Source of the DNA: a virus
Lineage: Duplodnaviria > Caudoviricetes
Virus record (IMG/VR): IMGVR_UViG_3300044511_000209
Coordinates: 1,676-65,675 of that record
Length of the DNA: 64,000 nucleotides
Strand: one strand, 5' to 3'
Shown here: positions 9,737 to 19,099 of the stretch, piece by piece
How the letters are laid out: each line of letters begins with the position of its first letter
Numbering within the stretch: the stretch's first letter is position 1
Translations under genes and position numbers: made by a program
Notes under the pieces: generated by a model
Seen by the model: only the letters and a program-made list of their open reading frames with translations
The model's database searches: none
Told to the model about the DNA's origin: nothing

Positions 9737-12700
9737 ATGTTTTACTCCTACAAAAATTCCAATGTTCGCATCAATGGCAGGGATTTACAATTTACTGATG
9801 CGAGCATCAACATCCGGGGCGACCAAGAGCCGGTTTATAGTATTCCCAATCGGAATAGCACCGAATTTGTTCCTAATGATGGTATTGGCGGCTCATTAAA
9901 GTTGACATATTACTTGACTGGTAATGATATACTCAAACCCTTTATTACCAATGAATCCAGTGGTATTTCTGGCAATTTTGGCGGCTTGTTCTTTTCGGGT
10001 GGCTATCTTAAGAATTATAGCTTAAATTGCACACCCAACAATCCCGTTCAGGTTAATGCGGAACTGGTATTTTTCGATGAATTAAAGGGTGTTTTTGCGC
10101 CTACCTATCAAACTGTTTCTAATTTTCATTGCTTAAATTATGCGGATGCAAGCCTGACATTAACGACGGGTAATTCAATCGGTGACATTACCAACGCAAC
10201 CCGCATAGCCTTCAATTACAATGTGGAAATTGTTCCCGTATATGCCGTGGGAGACATACTGCCCGAACGCATTTTTTTCGGTAAAAAGGAAATCACGGCA
10301 GAAGTTGAGTGTGATAATTTAAGCGGCAATTTATTGGTATCGGGCAATCGTGCGGGCATCAAGATTAATTTTGCCCATCCTAGTTTGCCGAACCTGTCCG
10401 AATCGTTCCTATCCAACGGCATCCTACATACGCGCGAGATAGGCGCTTCACAAGGCAGCTTACTAAAAAGCGTATTATCAATACGGCAACAACACACAAA
10501 TAATCCGCCCGTCATTTCTTATTTTCAAGCCACGGGTGGGGCTCCCGGTGGTCAATTTTTCATTAGTGGCCAATATCTTTTATCCACAAATCGGGTGGAA
10601 ATTGGTTCTGATGCCGCTACATTCATTATATCGGGAGATGATTTGCTTGGCGTTTACGTGCCAGAGGGGGCCGTTAACGGTAACGTCAAGGTTACAAATG
10701 CCGACGATTTCACCATTTCCAGCGGTTTTAGCATTATCCAGCGCCCAATAACCATTTCGGGCATTGACGCTCATACGGGCGAATTCAACAAAATTGTTCG
10801 AATATCAGGGGATAATTTCCACAAAATAAACCTTGTTACTTTTTCTGGCGCGGCAAGCGATTTTAAGGTCATCAATTCCAAGTTAATTGAAGCGGCGGTT
10901 CCCCTCAAGGCCGCGTGGGGAACAATACAGGTCGCCTCAACAGACCGGACATTAACCGGAACATCCACCGGATTATTCGTGCCAGTACCTGTCATATATG
11001 GATTTTCGGGCATTAGCGGATATCCCGGTGACACCATTAACGTGTCAGGTTTCGGATTCGTAGGAGTAACGGGGGTCTATTTTAACAACATTACAGGTTC
11101 GCCCGTTTCAGTAAGTTCAATTTCTGGTTTATCGGCGGTTTTACCTACGGGAAACACGAAGGGGTTGGTTGCATTAATTGGACGCAGCGGGGTCAGCGGT
11201 CATTCCACCTTTGAGTTTACTTCACTTTTAAGAATTTCGGGTCTTGACCCACTAAGCGGAGCTACGGGTAGTGCGGTGCGAATTTCTGGCGTCAATTTTG
11301 CGCCAACAATGCTGTTTTCCTCGGGTTCGCCCAGCAACAATGCGCTCCTTGCGTTCAACGGTGGCACGGGCGCACTGGTGCGCGTGAGTGATATATTGAT
11401 TACTGGCCTTGTTCCCACGGGCGCAAAAACTGGCCCTATCTATATCTTCAAGCCGGATGGCGTAACAACCTATCCATCAGGATTGACCTTCAAGGTCTAT
11501 AACGACCCGCCCACCATTACCCTTATTGACCCCAACTCGGGCGTTCGTGGCGATAATATAGCAATCCACGGCAAAAACTTTTTCGATATTGATTCCTTCC
11601 TATTGACTGGTATTAATGCCACAACGGGTTACAATTTCCCATCCACGGGATACAACGCGAGCGAATTCGGGGATGTATTAACCTTCAACGTGCCCAGCAT
11701 TACGGGGGGTATCTATAGGGCTCTTATTAATGCCGCAAGGGGGGGTGTTAGCGGATTCTTCACTATCAAGGATAAGCCCTTCATCAGTGGTTTTTATAAT
11801 ACGAGTGGTTTTATTGGGCAGCGTATCAGCTTATCGGGCTCCAACATATACAGGGATTCTAGGGTCTATCTCAACACTACTGGAACGTCTGCGTTGGTAG
11901 ATACGGGCTCCTATGTCGCGACGAATTCAAAACTCGAATTCTTCATACCCACCAACGCGCTTTCAACCAATACGGTTATCGTTTATAACGGGGCGGACTA
12001 TCATACAGGCACCGCAAACCTGACGGTTATCAACAAGCCCGTCATTAGCGGCTTCAAACCCGCATCGGGCGAGTGGGGTGATGTCATTAGCGTCAGCGGT
12101 TTGTATCTGAATGGGACAACCGGAATGTTGATTGGCACCTCAAGGGTTAATACCTTTAGGCTAGATGGCACAACCGGCGCAGCCATGACCATTCCCGACG
12201 ATGCGGCCACAAACCATATCTTTGCCCAAACGGTTGCGGGGGAAGCTCAATCATCTGGCAGGTTGGTGGTGTTGCAGCCGCAAATTATCATTAGCGGGTT
12301 CATTCCCACAAGCGGACGCACATCCCAAAAAATTACAGTATCGGGCAAATATGTTAGCACTACCGATTATGTAAGAATATCGGGCATTAATTCTTCCGAA
12401 ATCATATTGAATGTTGATGGGTTTTCCAAGATTGGAACGACGGATATTTCATTCAATATTCCGGTTGGGGCTGTTACAGGCCCGATTCGCCTTCAAAATC
12501 AAAGGTATATTACCAATAGCGCCTCGAATCTTGTCGTTATTCCGTCACCCACCATTACGGGGGCATCCCAAGTTTCGGGTATATTTAATGAATCCATATC
12601 ATTATTCGGAGCCAATCTAACGGGTGTAAGTGAATTCTTGTTTGTTAATCCGACGGGCGGATACACACCAGCCATAAATACTACATTAATTGGCGGCACG

Positions 12701-13996
12701 GGGGCTACCATTACCTTCCCGAAAGAAGTTACTCAAAACGCCATCATCCTTAGCGGTGAAAATGATATTCTTGGATACGGCATTGAATTTACCCCGCTGC
12801 CCACCATCGGCGGGTTCCGTCCAACCACGCTCCAATCGGGGGATAATTTAACGGTTACGGGCATCAACGCCACAAATATCATACGCAATGTGGGTATTAG
12901 CGGCAGCGACGGCACGGTAACATATATCATCAGTTCAGACGATATCTTTATCGACGACTACAACATTACCGGGGCACAGGTCATCAATTGCAATACGGGG
13001 TATGTCGTTGTCACTGGGCGCGTCAACGCTAATTATTTCGGTTCTGGCCGCATTTTCCTAATTAGTGCAAGCGATTCGGTATCTGGAAACTTTGATGCTA
13101 TTGTCACTGGGTCTGCAACCCACGCACGAATGTCATCCTTGATACATTCAACATTCTTGACGATTCAGCAAGGAACGCCAACCATTAGTGACTTTACGCC
13201 CTTAAGCGGCAATAATGATATCTTGGTTCGTATTAACGGTTCGAACCTTAAATATACGACTGGCATTTATTTCAGAAGTGGGAATGTGGTCGCCACGGGT
13301 TTCTTAGGTGCCACCAATAATAGTTTTGTCAACACTTATCCCCCGGCGAATTTTGGTGCCACGTCTGGACAAGTTGAGGTTTATACGAACTACGGCGCAG
13401 CCACGGGTATTTACTTTACATTCGTGCCCCGGCCACTCGTTTCTGGTTTCACGCCGATTCAAGGCATCAGCGGCGTCAAAGTTCGCATTACGGGTTCTGG
13501 TTTCCAATATGCTAGTGGAGTTTACTTTGACAGGTATCCCGTTTCCTTCAACATTGTATCCGAGCTTAATACCCACGTCATTACGGGGACCGTGCCCTAC
13601 ATGACGGAAGCGATGCCCCGTGAAATTGGCATCAAGGTAATGACGCCCGGCGGCGAGCATACCCTGAGTGGCTTTACTGTTCAGAACCCATTCTTAAAAT
13701 TCGTCAATTTAAGCGATGTGCCAAACACCATTACCGCACAGGGTTATGTTCGTGGTAGCGATGATGGCCAAACATTGGTCTTTAGAACCACCGGACAGGT
13801 GCTTACGGACATTGGGGCCAGCCAAGTTAAGGTAACGGGTTCCAACATAATCCAAATACCAAATTTCACTGGAATAGGCGGCACCAGTGTAACTTTAGAT
13901 GGGTCATTGGTGAAAATCAGTGGTGCGGCTGGTGGGGCTGGCGGTAGTGGTATTGCGGCTTCCACAGCGTTGAAATATGCATTAATTTTCGGATAA
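9737..13996 (+). CDS. Large virion protein: tube-like N-terminal domain plus about 12 IPT/TIG Ig-like repeats
   Basis: Recurrent P.ISGF.P.SG..G..I.ISG.N(F/L) IPT/TIG pattern; ends in ALKYALIFG. Confidence 0.85.
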   Translation: MFYSYKNSNVRINGRDLQFTDASINIRGDQEPVYSIPNRNSTEFVPNDGIGGSLKLTYYLTGNDILKPFITNESSGISGNFGGLFFSGGYLKNYSLNCTPNNPVQVNAELVFFDELKGVFAPTYQTVSNFHCLNYADASLTLTTGNSIGDITNATRIAFNYNVEIVPVYAVGDILPERIFFGKKEITAEVECDNLSGNLLVSGNRAGIKINFAHPSLPNLSESFLSNGILHTREIGASQGSLLKSVLSIRQQHTNNPPVISYFQATGGAPGGQFFISGQYLLSTNRVEIGSDAATFIISGDDLLGVYVPEGAVNGNVKVTNADDFTISSGFSIIQRPITISGIDAHTGEFNKIVRISGDNFHKINLVTFSGAASDFKVINSKLIEAAVPLKAAWGTIQVASTDRTLTGTSTGLFVPVPVIYGFSGISGYPGDTINVSGFGFVGVTGVYFNNITGSPVSVSSISGLSAVLPTGNTKGLVALIGRSGVSGHSTFEFTSLLRISGLDPLSGATGSAVRISGVNFAPTMLFSSGSPSNNALLAFNGGTGALVRVSDILITGLVPTGAKTGPIYIFKPDGVTTYPSGLTFKVYNDPPTITLIDPNSGVRGDNIAIHGKNFFDIDSFLLTGINATTGYNFPSTGYNASEFGDVLTFNVPSITGGIYRALINAARGGVSGFFTIKDKPFISGFYNTSGFIGQRISLSGSNIYRDSRVYLNTTGTSALVDTGSYVATNSKLEFFIPTNALSTNTVIVYNGADYHTGTANLTVINKPVISGFKPASGEWGDVISVSGLYLNGTTGMLIGTSRVNTFRLDGTTGAAMTIPDDAATNHIFAQTVAGEAQSSGRLVVLQPQIIISGFIPTSGRTSQKITVSGKYVSTTDYVRISGINSSEIILNVDGFSKIGTTDISFNIPVGAVTGPIRLQNQRYITNSASNLVVIPSPTITGASQVSGIFNESISLFGANLTGVSEFLFVNPTGGYTPAINTTLIGGTGATITFPKEVTQNAIILSGENDILGYGIEFTPLPTIGGFRPTTLQSGDNLTVTGINATNIIRNVGISGSDGTVTYIISSDDIFIDDYNITGAQVINCNTGYVVVTGRVNANYFGSGRIFLISASDSVSGNFDAIVTGSATHARMSSLIHSTFLTIQQGTPTISDFTPLSGNNDILVRINGSNLKYTTGIYFRSGNVVATGFLGATNNSFVNTYPPANFGATSGQVEVYTNYGAATGIYFTFVPRPLVSGFTPIQGISGVKVRITGSGFQYASGVYFDRYPVSFNIVSELNTHVITGTVPYMTEAMPREIGIKVMTPGGEHTLSGFTVQNPFLKFVNLSDVPNTITAQGYVRGSDDGQTLVFRTTGQVLTDIGASQVKVTGSNIIQIPNFTGIGGTSVTLDGSLVKISGAAGGAGGSGIAASTALKYALIFG

Positions 13997-14002
13997 AACA
14001 TT

Positions 14003-14311
14003 ATGATACGGGCCACATTTGTAGGAAATAGCATAACAAACATCGTTGAGGCCACCGGCCAATATGCGAGCGTTTCCGTGTATTTCTGCAATATTCATCA
14101 TACCGCCGATGAATATGTTACGCTTTATTTGACTCCCGCAGGGGTTAATCCCAGCGATAGCAACACCATAGTCAAAAACTTGCGTTTGGGAGCCTTGGAT
14201 ACTCTTACTTTTGGCCACGAACGCTTTATTCTGGATGGTGGGGAAAAGGTAGTCGCCAGCGGTGTAAACGGTAATAGGGTTTCGGCGGTGGCAAGTTATA
14301 CCACCCTCTAA
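14003..14311 (+). CDS. Small beta-rich virion/fibre adaptor-like protein
   Basis: 102 aa, SVYFCN...VTLYL...ERFILDGGEKVVA; follows a protein ending in ALIFG. Confidence 0.6.
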   Translation: MIRATFVGNSITNIVEATGQYASVSVYFCNIHHTADEYVTLYLTPAGVNPSDSNTIVKNLRLGALDTLTFGHERFILDGGEKVVASGVNGNRVSAVASYTTL

Positions 14312-14333
14312 GGAAAAACAAAGGTAAAAGGAA

Positions 14334-16664
14334 ATGCCAGAATTTCTCCAACGAAGCGATAATATCACGTCTGGTCAGCAAACCGACCTCGACGCGCGCG
14401 TTACCACCTTGGAAGGGTTGGCAAAGGTTACTGGTATCGTTGTGTCAGGATTAAATGCCACCGGACAAATATACGTGACTGGTGCGGGGGGCATCAACGT
14501 ATCCTATACGGGCAAATTAATCACAATCAGCGGAGACAATACCTCTTATTATTCTAATACAAATCCACAACAATTTACCAATTCGGGTAACTTACATAAT
14601 ACTGGCTCCGCCTTAGATGCGCGACTTGTTACTCAGGAAAGATTACCAACGGTGACGGGTATTATCACAACCGGATTAAATGCGACCGGCCAGATATATT
14701 TGACGGGTTTGGGTAGTATTCAAATCGCCTACACGGGCAAAATTATCAGTATTAGTGGCGATACAACGTCCTATTATAGTATTTCGAACCCCCAACAGTT
14801 CTCAAATAGTGGCAATCTTTACAATACCGGCTCGGCGCTTGATGCCCGATTAGTAACCCAAGAAACGCTACCTAAAGTAACTAGTATCATCGTTTCTGGG
14901 TTAAATGCTACAGGCCAAATCTATATTACCGGATTAGGCGGTATCAATGTCGCCTATACCGGCAAACTCATTACCATCAGCGGAAGCTCGGTGGGCGGCG
15001 GTTATCCAAATGATAACCCCCAACAGTTCGCGAATAGCGGTAACTTATCTGCAACGGGGTCTGGTTTGGACGCGCGATTGGTCACGCAAGAAACACTACC
15101 CAAAGTCACCAGCCTTGTTGTAACCGGACTCAACGCCACGGGACAAATATACCTGACGGGCCTTGGTGGTATCGCTATAGCCTATACGGGTCGGTTAATA
15201 ACCATCAGCGGCGACACGACTACCTATTATAACAACTCCAACCCCCAACAATTCGCGAATAGCGGTAACTTGCATAATACGGGCGTGGCGCTGATTAATA
15301 ATGCTTTTTTCGTTAAAACGAGCGGCAATCAAAATATTTCGGGCGTCAAAACCTTCGTTAATAAAACCGTGCATTCGGGCAGGCTCGGCATCTACAATTC
15401 TTCCGAACTTAGTGATGATGCAAACCCTCAATTTGATTTGGACGTGGGAGGCACCGGATTATTTGTCGGTCGTCCATTAAACGTTACTAGCGGCGTCTAT
15501 ACCAACCTGATTCTTGGAGCGTCCAGAGTATTCTATCCTAACGGCTCCGAAAGAGAGTTTCGTTTCCAAAGCGCATCAGACGGCGGGGATTATCGCGGCT
15601 ACTTCGTCTATAACGGGCGCGCGAGCGGCACCTTCGGTATCGATGAACGTTGGATTCAGGGTCATTATGGAAAATTAAAGGCCATGACCTTCGGTAATCA
15701 GGGCATGGTCTGGTATTGGAATACAGGCATTTTATTTGATAGTGGCGTTAATGTGGATGTAACCAGCCATATTGACCGCGTGTTTACAATGGATGATAGC
15801 GGCTATGCCAGCTTTGGTAAAAACGCCCCAAGCCACCGGTTTGGAGTAGAGTATAATTCATCTATCGGCCCATTCTTGGATAACGTTTATAATTTGGGCT
15901 CCACCGCATACCGCTTTGCGGGCGCGCATATTGTCAGCGTCACGGGGAATGAATTTACATCTGGCACAACCAAACTGGCCGATGTATTGTATCCCCGCAG
16001 TAACCCATACAATTTCGTTACATCTGGCAACCTACATAGTTCGGGCTCGGCATTAGACGCCAGACTCGTTACCCTTGAAACGCTCCCGAAAGTGACGAGC
16101 ATCGTCGTGACGGGGCTTAATGCAACGGGCGAAGTCCGTTTTGCGGGGTTAGGAGGTATTGAGATTGCTTATACCGGAAAATTTATTACCATTAGTGGAA
16201 GCTCGGCGGGCAGCGGCTATCCAAATGATAACCCCCAACAATTTGCCAATAGCGGAAACTTGCATAATACCGGGTCGGCACTCGATGTTCGGTTAGTGAC
16301 ACAAGAAAGGCTACCGACAGTAACGGGCATTGTCGTTACCGGACTCAACGCAACTGGTGAGGTTCGTTTTGCCGGATTGGGTGGTATCAATATTGCCTAC
16401 ACTGGAAAATTAATTACAATTAGTGGTGATACCACAACCTATTATCCCAATTCGAATCCACAACAATTTGTTAACACGGGCAATTTGAGCGCTTATTACT
16501 TAAATTCCAACCCGCAACAATTCGCAAATACCGGAAACCTATCTTCCTATTATTTGAACTCCAATCCACAGCAATTTGCCAATTCGGGCAATTTACATGC
16601 CTCGGGTTCCTCCTTGGATGATAGATTAAATAGAATAATTTTGAAAGTGCAGGTTTTTTCGTAG
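14334..16664 (+). CDS. Fibre-like repeat protein
   Basis: Six ~75-aa repeats, a VKTSGNQNISGVKTF fibre motif, YNLGSTAYRF, and three terminal ~18-aa repeats. Confidence 0.85.
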   Translation: MPEFLQRSDNITSGQQTDLDARVTTLEGLAKVTGIVVSGLNATGQIYVTGAGGINVSYTGKLITISGDNTSYYSNTNPQQFTNSGNLHNTGSALDARLVTQERLPTVTGIITTGLNATGQIYLTGLGSIQIAYTGKIISISGDTTSYYSISNPQQFSNSGNLYNTGSALDARLVTQETLPKVTSIIVSGLNATGQIYITGLGGINVAYTGKLITISGSSVGGGYPNDNPQQFANSGNLSATGSGLDARLVTQETLPKVTSLVVTGLNATGQIYLTGLGGIAIAYTGRLITISGDTTTYYNNSNPQQFANSGNLHNTGVALINNAFFVKTSGNQNISGVKTFVNKTVHSGRLGIYNSSELSDDANPQFDLDVGGTGLFVGRPLNVTSGVYTNLILGASRVFYPNGSEREFRFQSASDGGDYRGYFVYNGRASGTFGIDERWIQGHYGKLKAMTFGNQGMVWYWNTGILFDSGVNVDVTSHIDRVFTMDDSGYASFGKNAPSHRFGVEYNSSIGPFLDNVYNLGSTAYRFAGAHIVSVTGNEFTSGTTKLADVLYPRSNPYNFVTSGNLHSSGSALDARLVTLETLPKVTSIVVTGLNATGEVRFAGLGGIEIAYTGKFITISGSSAGSGYPNDNPQQFANSGNLHNTGSALDVRLVTQERLPTVTGIVVTGLNATGEVRFAGLGGINIAYTGKLITISGDTTTYYPNSNPQQFVNTGNLSAYYLNSNPQQFANTGNLSSYYLNSNPQQFANSGNLHASGSSLDDRLNRIILKVQVFS
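14388..16620 (+). repeat. Intragenic ~225-bp degenerate repeats (4 + 2 copies) and ~54-bp terminal repeats
   Basis: Unit LDARLVTQETLPKVT.IVVTGLNATGQIYLTGLGGI.IAYTGKLITISG...YPN.NPQQFANSGNLHNTGSA, with synonymous divergence between copies. Confidence 0.9.
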
Positions 16665-16685
16665 ATAATCAAAGAGAAACATATT

Positions 16686-17051
16686 ATGGCATACATACCC
16701 GACAAACTACACTTGAGTAACTCCGTAAATGGCAAGGGAATTGCCGTAAGCACAACCGTCAGCGGGCTTGCAAAACTCATCCATACAAGCCATAGCACAA
16801 GTGGTATATTGGATGAAGTATGGCTCTATGCCACGAACAACTGGACGGGCTCCGCGACTTTAATATTACTCTGGGGGGCACAACCAAACAACGAGAGTTA
16901 CCTAACCATTCCAAATAAAGCCGGGCGCTATAACCTTGCTGATGGGCGTCTCATCGCCAGCGGGTTGAGTATTAACGCCTTCATTGATACGCCACATAGC
17001 GGGGCGGAAATTATTGTGGATGGCTTCGTGAACCGGCTTACCTACCCGTAA
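16686..17051 (+). CDS. Small beta-rich virion/fibre adaptor-like protein
   Basis: LSNSVNGKGIAV...IHT...DEVWLYATN...GFVNR; follows a protein ending in QVFS. Confidence 0.65.
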   Translation: MAYIPDKLHLSNSVNGKGIAVSTTVSGLAKLIHTSHSTSGILDEVWLYATNNWTGSATLILLWGAQPNNESYLTIPNKAGRYNLADGRLIASGLSINAFIDTPHSGAEIIVDGFVNRLTYP

Positions 17052-17052
17052 A

Positions 17053-17910
17053 ATGCACCGTTCGCGTTTTCTCAACACCTATATTGATAAATCCAGACGC
17101 AACACCGCCTTGGATTTTGAAACTGTGGATTGGGTAAATCGCGTTAACGCCAATCGGGGTAAGGTTTCAGAACGTACGATTTTCATCGTTAATAAGTGGT
17201 TAGTCAATCTAAAAAAAGCTGGATTGCGACATTTAATCAAGCGGGTCAATTTATACTGTGGTAATTCACTAGCATCCGCGCAAATTCCCATCATCCGCGA
17301 CCCGAATGGTGGAATAATGGATACCCTGTTTAATTTTGTTGAAACCGATTTTTCAGAAAAAGGGGGTATTAAGGGAGATGGAGCTACTAAATATATCAAT
17401 ACTGGACTATCCCCAGCAAACGCGCAACAGACCTTAACTTCCATGCATATCGGTGTATTTTGCTTGACAAGCGCCGATGAGGGGGCGGAAGAAATCAGTT
17501 CTGGCGGTAACGCTTGTGGCGGTTGGGCCAATGGATATGTTTCCTATCTTGGTAGCACTTATTTTGATTGCTGGTTTCCGGGTGGTGGCGGTCAATTCGG
17601 CCCCGTTACCGATTCGGAAGGAACTGGATTCTATCTGTATACCCGACGCGCTTCCGATAATGTAGAAGTATACAAAAACGGAAAGACCATCATCACGGGC
17701 ACGACAACTAACGGCTCACTTCCCGGTCAATCGTACATGATATTCTGCCAAAGTTCTTGTGAAGTAGCGGAGGCGTTTTCAAGTAAAACACACGGCATGT
17801 ATACGATTGGCACATCGTTAACGCCCACGGAAGCGCACAAATATTACCAAATTACCAAAACCGTTCAACGCGAGTTGGGAAGAACTTGGACACAAGATTT
17901 TGGAGCTTAA
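17053..17910 (+). CDS. Putative lectin/ConA-like receptor-binding virion protein
   Basis: DWVNRV..N.G, GIKGDGATKYINTG, YTRRAS..VEVYKNG, IGTSLT..EA pattern. Confidence 0.55.
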   Translation: MHRSRFLNTYIDKSRRNTALDFETVDWVNRVNANRGKVSERTIFIVNKWLVNLKKAGLRHLIKRVNLYCGNSLASAQIPIIRDPNGGIMDTLFNFVETDFSEKGGIKGDGATKYINTGLSPANAQQTLTSMHIGVFCLTSADEGAEEISSGGNACGGWANGYVSYLGSTYFDCWFPGGGGQFGPVTDSEGTGFYLYTRRASDNVEVYKNGKTIITGTTTNGSLPGQSYMIFCQSSCEVAEAFSSKTHGMYTIGTSLTPTEAHKYYQITKTVQRELGRTWTQDFGA

Positions 17911-17913
17911 ATC

Positions 17914-18288
17914 ATGCAAATGCTCATAGTAGATAAGAAAGCATTGAAAAACTTGATTCACCTTAATAAATCAAGCCCTTTTCGCAAAATTGTGCCCTCC
18001 TTGCTCAAGGATGGACGACGGGTGTTGAATATCGATATATTGACGGATACGCATCATGCCGGTGGATACAAGCGTCAAAAACACATTCTGGATAAATGTT
18101 TCGTTGAAGAAATTGACGCCGCGACCAAACTAGAAATGAACCCCGATATCGTATATGCGAACTCGGTTGAGTTGGATGAGAGGCTTATTCGAGACGACGA
18201 CCCGGACTTGGAAAAGTCACCCGAGAATAAGGGTGGGGTCGAATCCATATTGACCGACCAAACCGATACAAATCTTAACGGTTTTTAG
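17914..18288 (+). CDS. Hypothetical protein
   Basis: 124-aa ORF closing the plus-strand operon. Confidence 0.6.
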   Translation: MQMLIVDKKALKNLIHLNKSSPFRKIVPSLLKDGRRVLNIDILTDTHHAGGYKRQKHILDKCFVEEIDAATKLEMNPDIVYANSVELDERLIRDDDPDLEKSPENKGGVESILTDQTDTNLNGF

Positions 18289-19099
18289 CCGTGTCTCGCT
18301 CGGCTAATCTGCTTTTCAGCGCCTCAATTTGCTCAAAAAGCAACAGTTTTGGCATATCTTGTGCAGATTCAAATTTATCCGCACCCTCTACCTTGTCGAT
18401 TACCATCTTCTTTTTCAAATCCTCAAATGTCTTACCATATTCACGCAGTAAGGACTCTAAAAGATGAACTGGACTCGCAAGACTGGCGGATGTTGCGTTT
18501 TGTTCCTCTTCGAGAATCCTAGCGCCACCGCCCAACTCTTCGCGTGACACAATATGAATCTTGAGCGCGTTGCGAACACAACGGCAAAAGGCTCGATTTT
18601 CCGCCATTTCCAATAAATAATTCTGACCAAAACTTTCAGTATTTCGCAAAGTAGCCCCCGCAACAGCTTCAAATGTCAACGAGCGGTTCTCCGTTTCAAA
18701 ATTGGGAATCCAGCGAATCCGGCATTTTACTGCCGCATAAGTGTCGGATGCAATGATGGGTTGATATGTTACCGATTCGAAACCTCGTAATTGGGCCAGA
18801 TATTTCAATCCGCCAAGAAGAATAATCAAATCCTTATCATCCATTTGCGCCACATTACTTGGGTTTGTTTCATCGGCCTCTCTTTCCTTATTTTTCAATT
18901 CCTTCGTCCTATCGGGAACAAGGAATTCCTTGGGAATCATGGCGCGCCAGTTGATGAAGCCATTTTCATCGAAAATGTAATTTACGTCGGTGAGAAGGCC
19001 ATGCTCGTTACGTTGAAAAACTTTCGGGGGGTTACAGTTAGGTGTGGTGTCTGGTTCAACTGACCCGACAACTACACAAGAGGCGCTATCTTCATTCAT
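18275..19099 (-). CDS. Putative Rad52/Sak-like single-strand annealing protein
   Basis: GLKYLA, AAVKCRI, EMAENRAFCRCVRNAL resemble the MAETRA..RA.R motif; has its own sigma70 promoter. Confidence 0.5.
   Translation of the reverse strand: MNEDSASCVVVGSVEPDTTPNCNPPKVFQRNEHGLLTDVNYIFDENGFINWRAMIPKEFLVPDRTKELKNKEREADETNPSNVAQMDDKDLIILLGGLKYLAQLRGFESVTYQPIIASDTYAAVKCRIRWIPNFETENRSLTFEAVAGATLRNTESFGQNYLLEMAENRAFCRCVRNALKIHIVSREELGGGARILEEEQNATSASLASPVHLLESLLREYGKTFEDLKKKMVIDKVEGADKFESAQDMPKLLLFEQIEALKSRLAERDTAKNR

Noticed and set aside
14388-16620. Diversity-generating retroelement TR/VR pair
   Set aside because: The repeats differ mainly at synonymous positions, not specifically at adenines; no reverse transcriptase in the window
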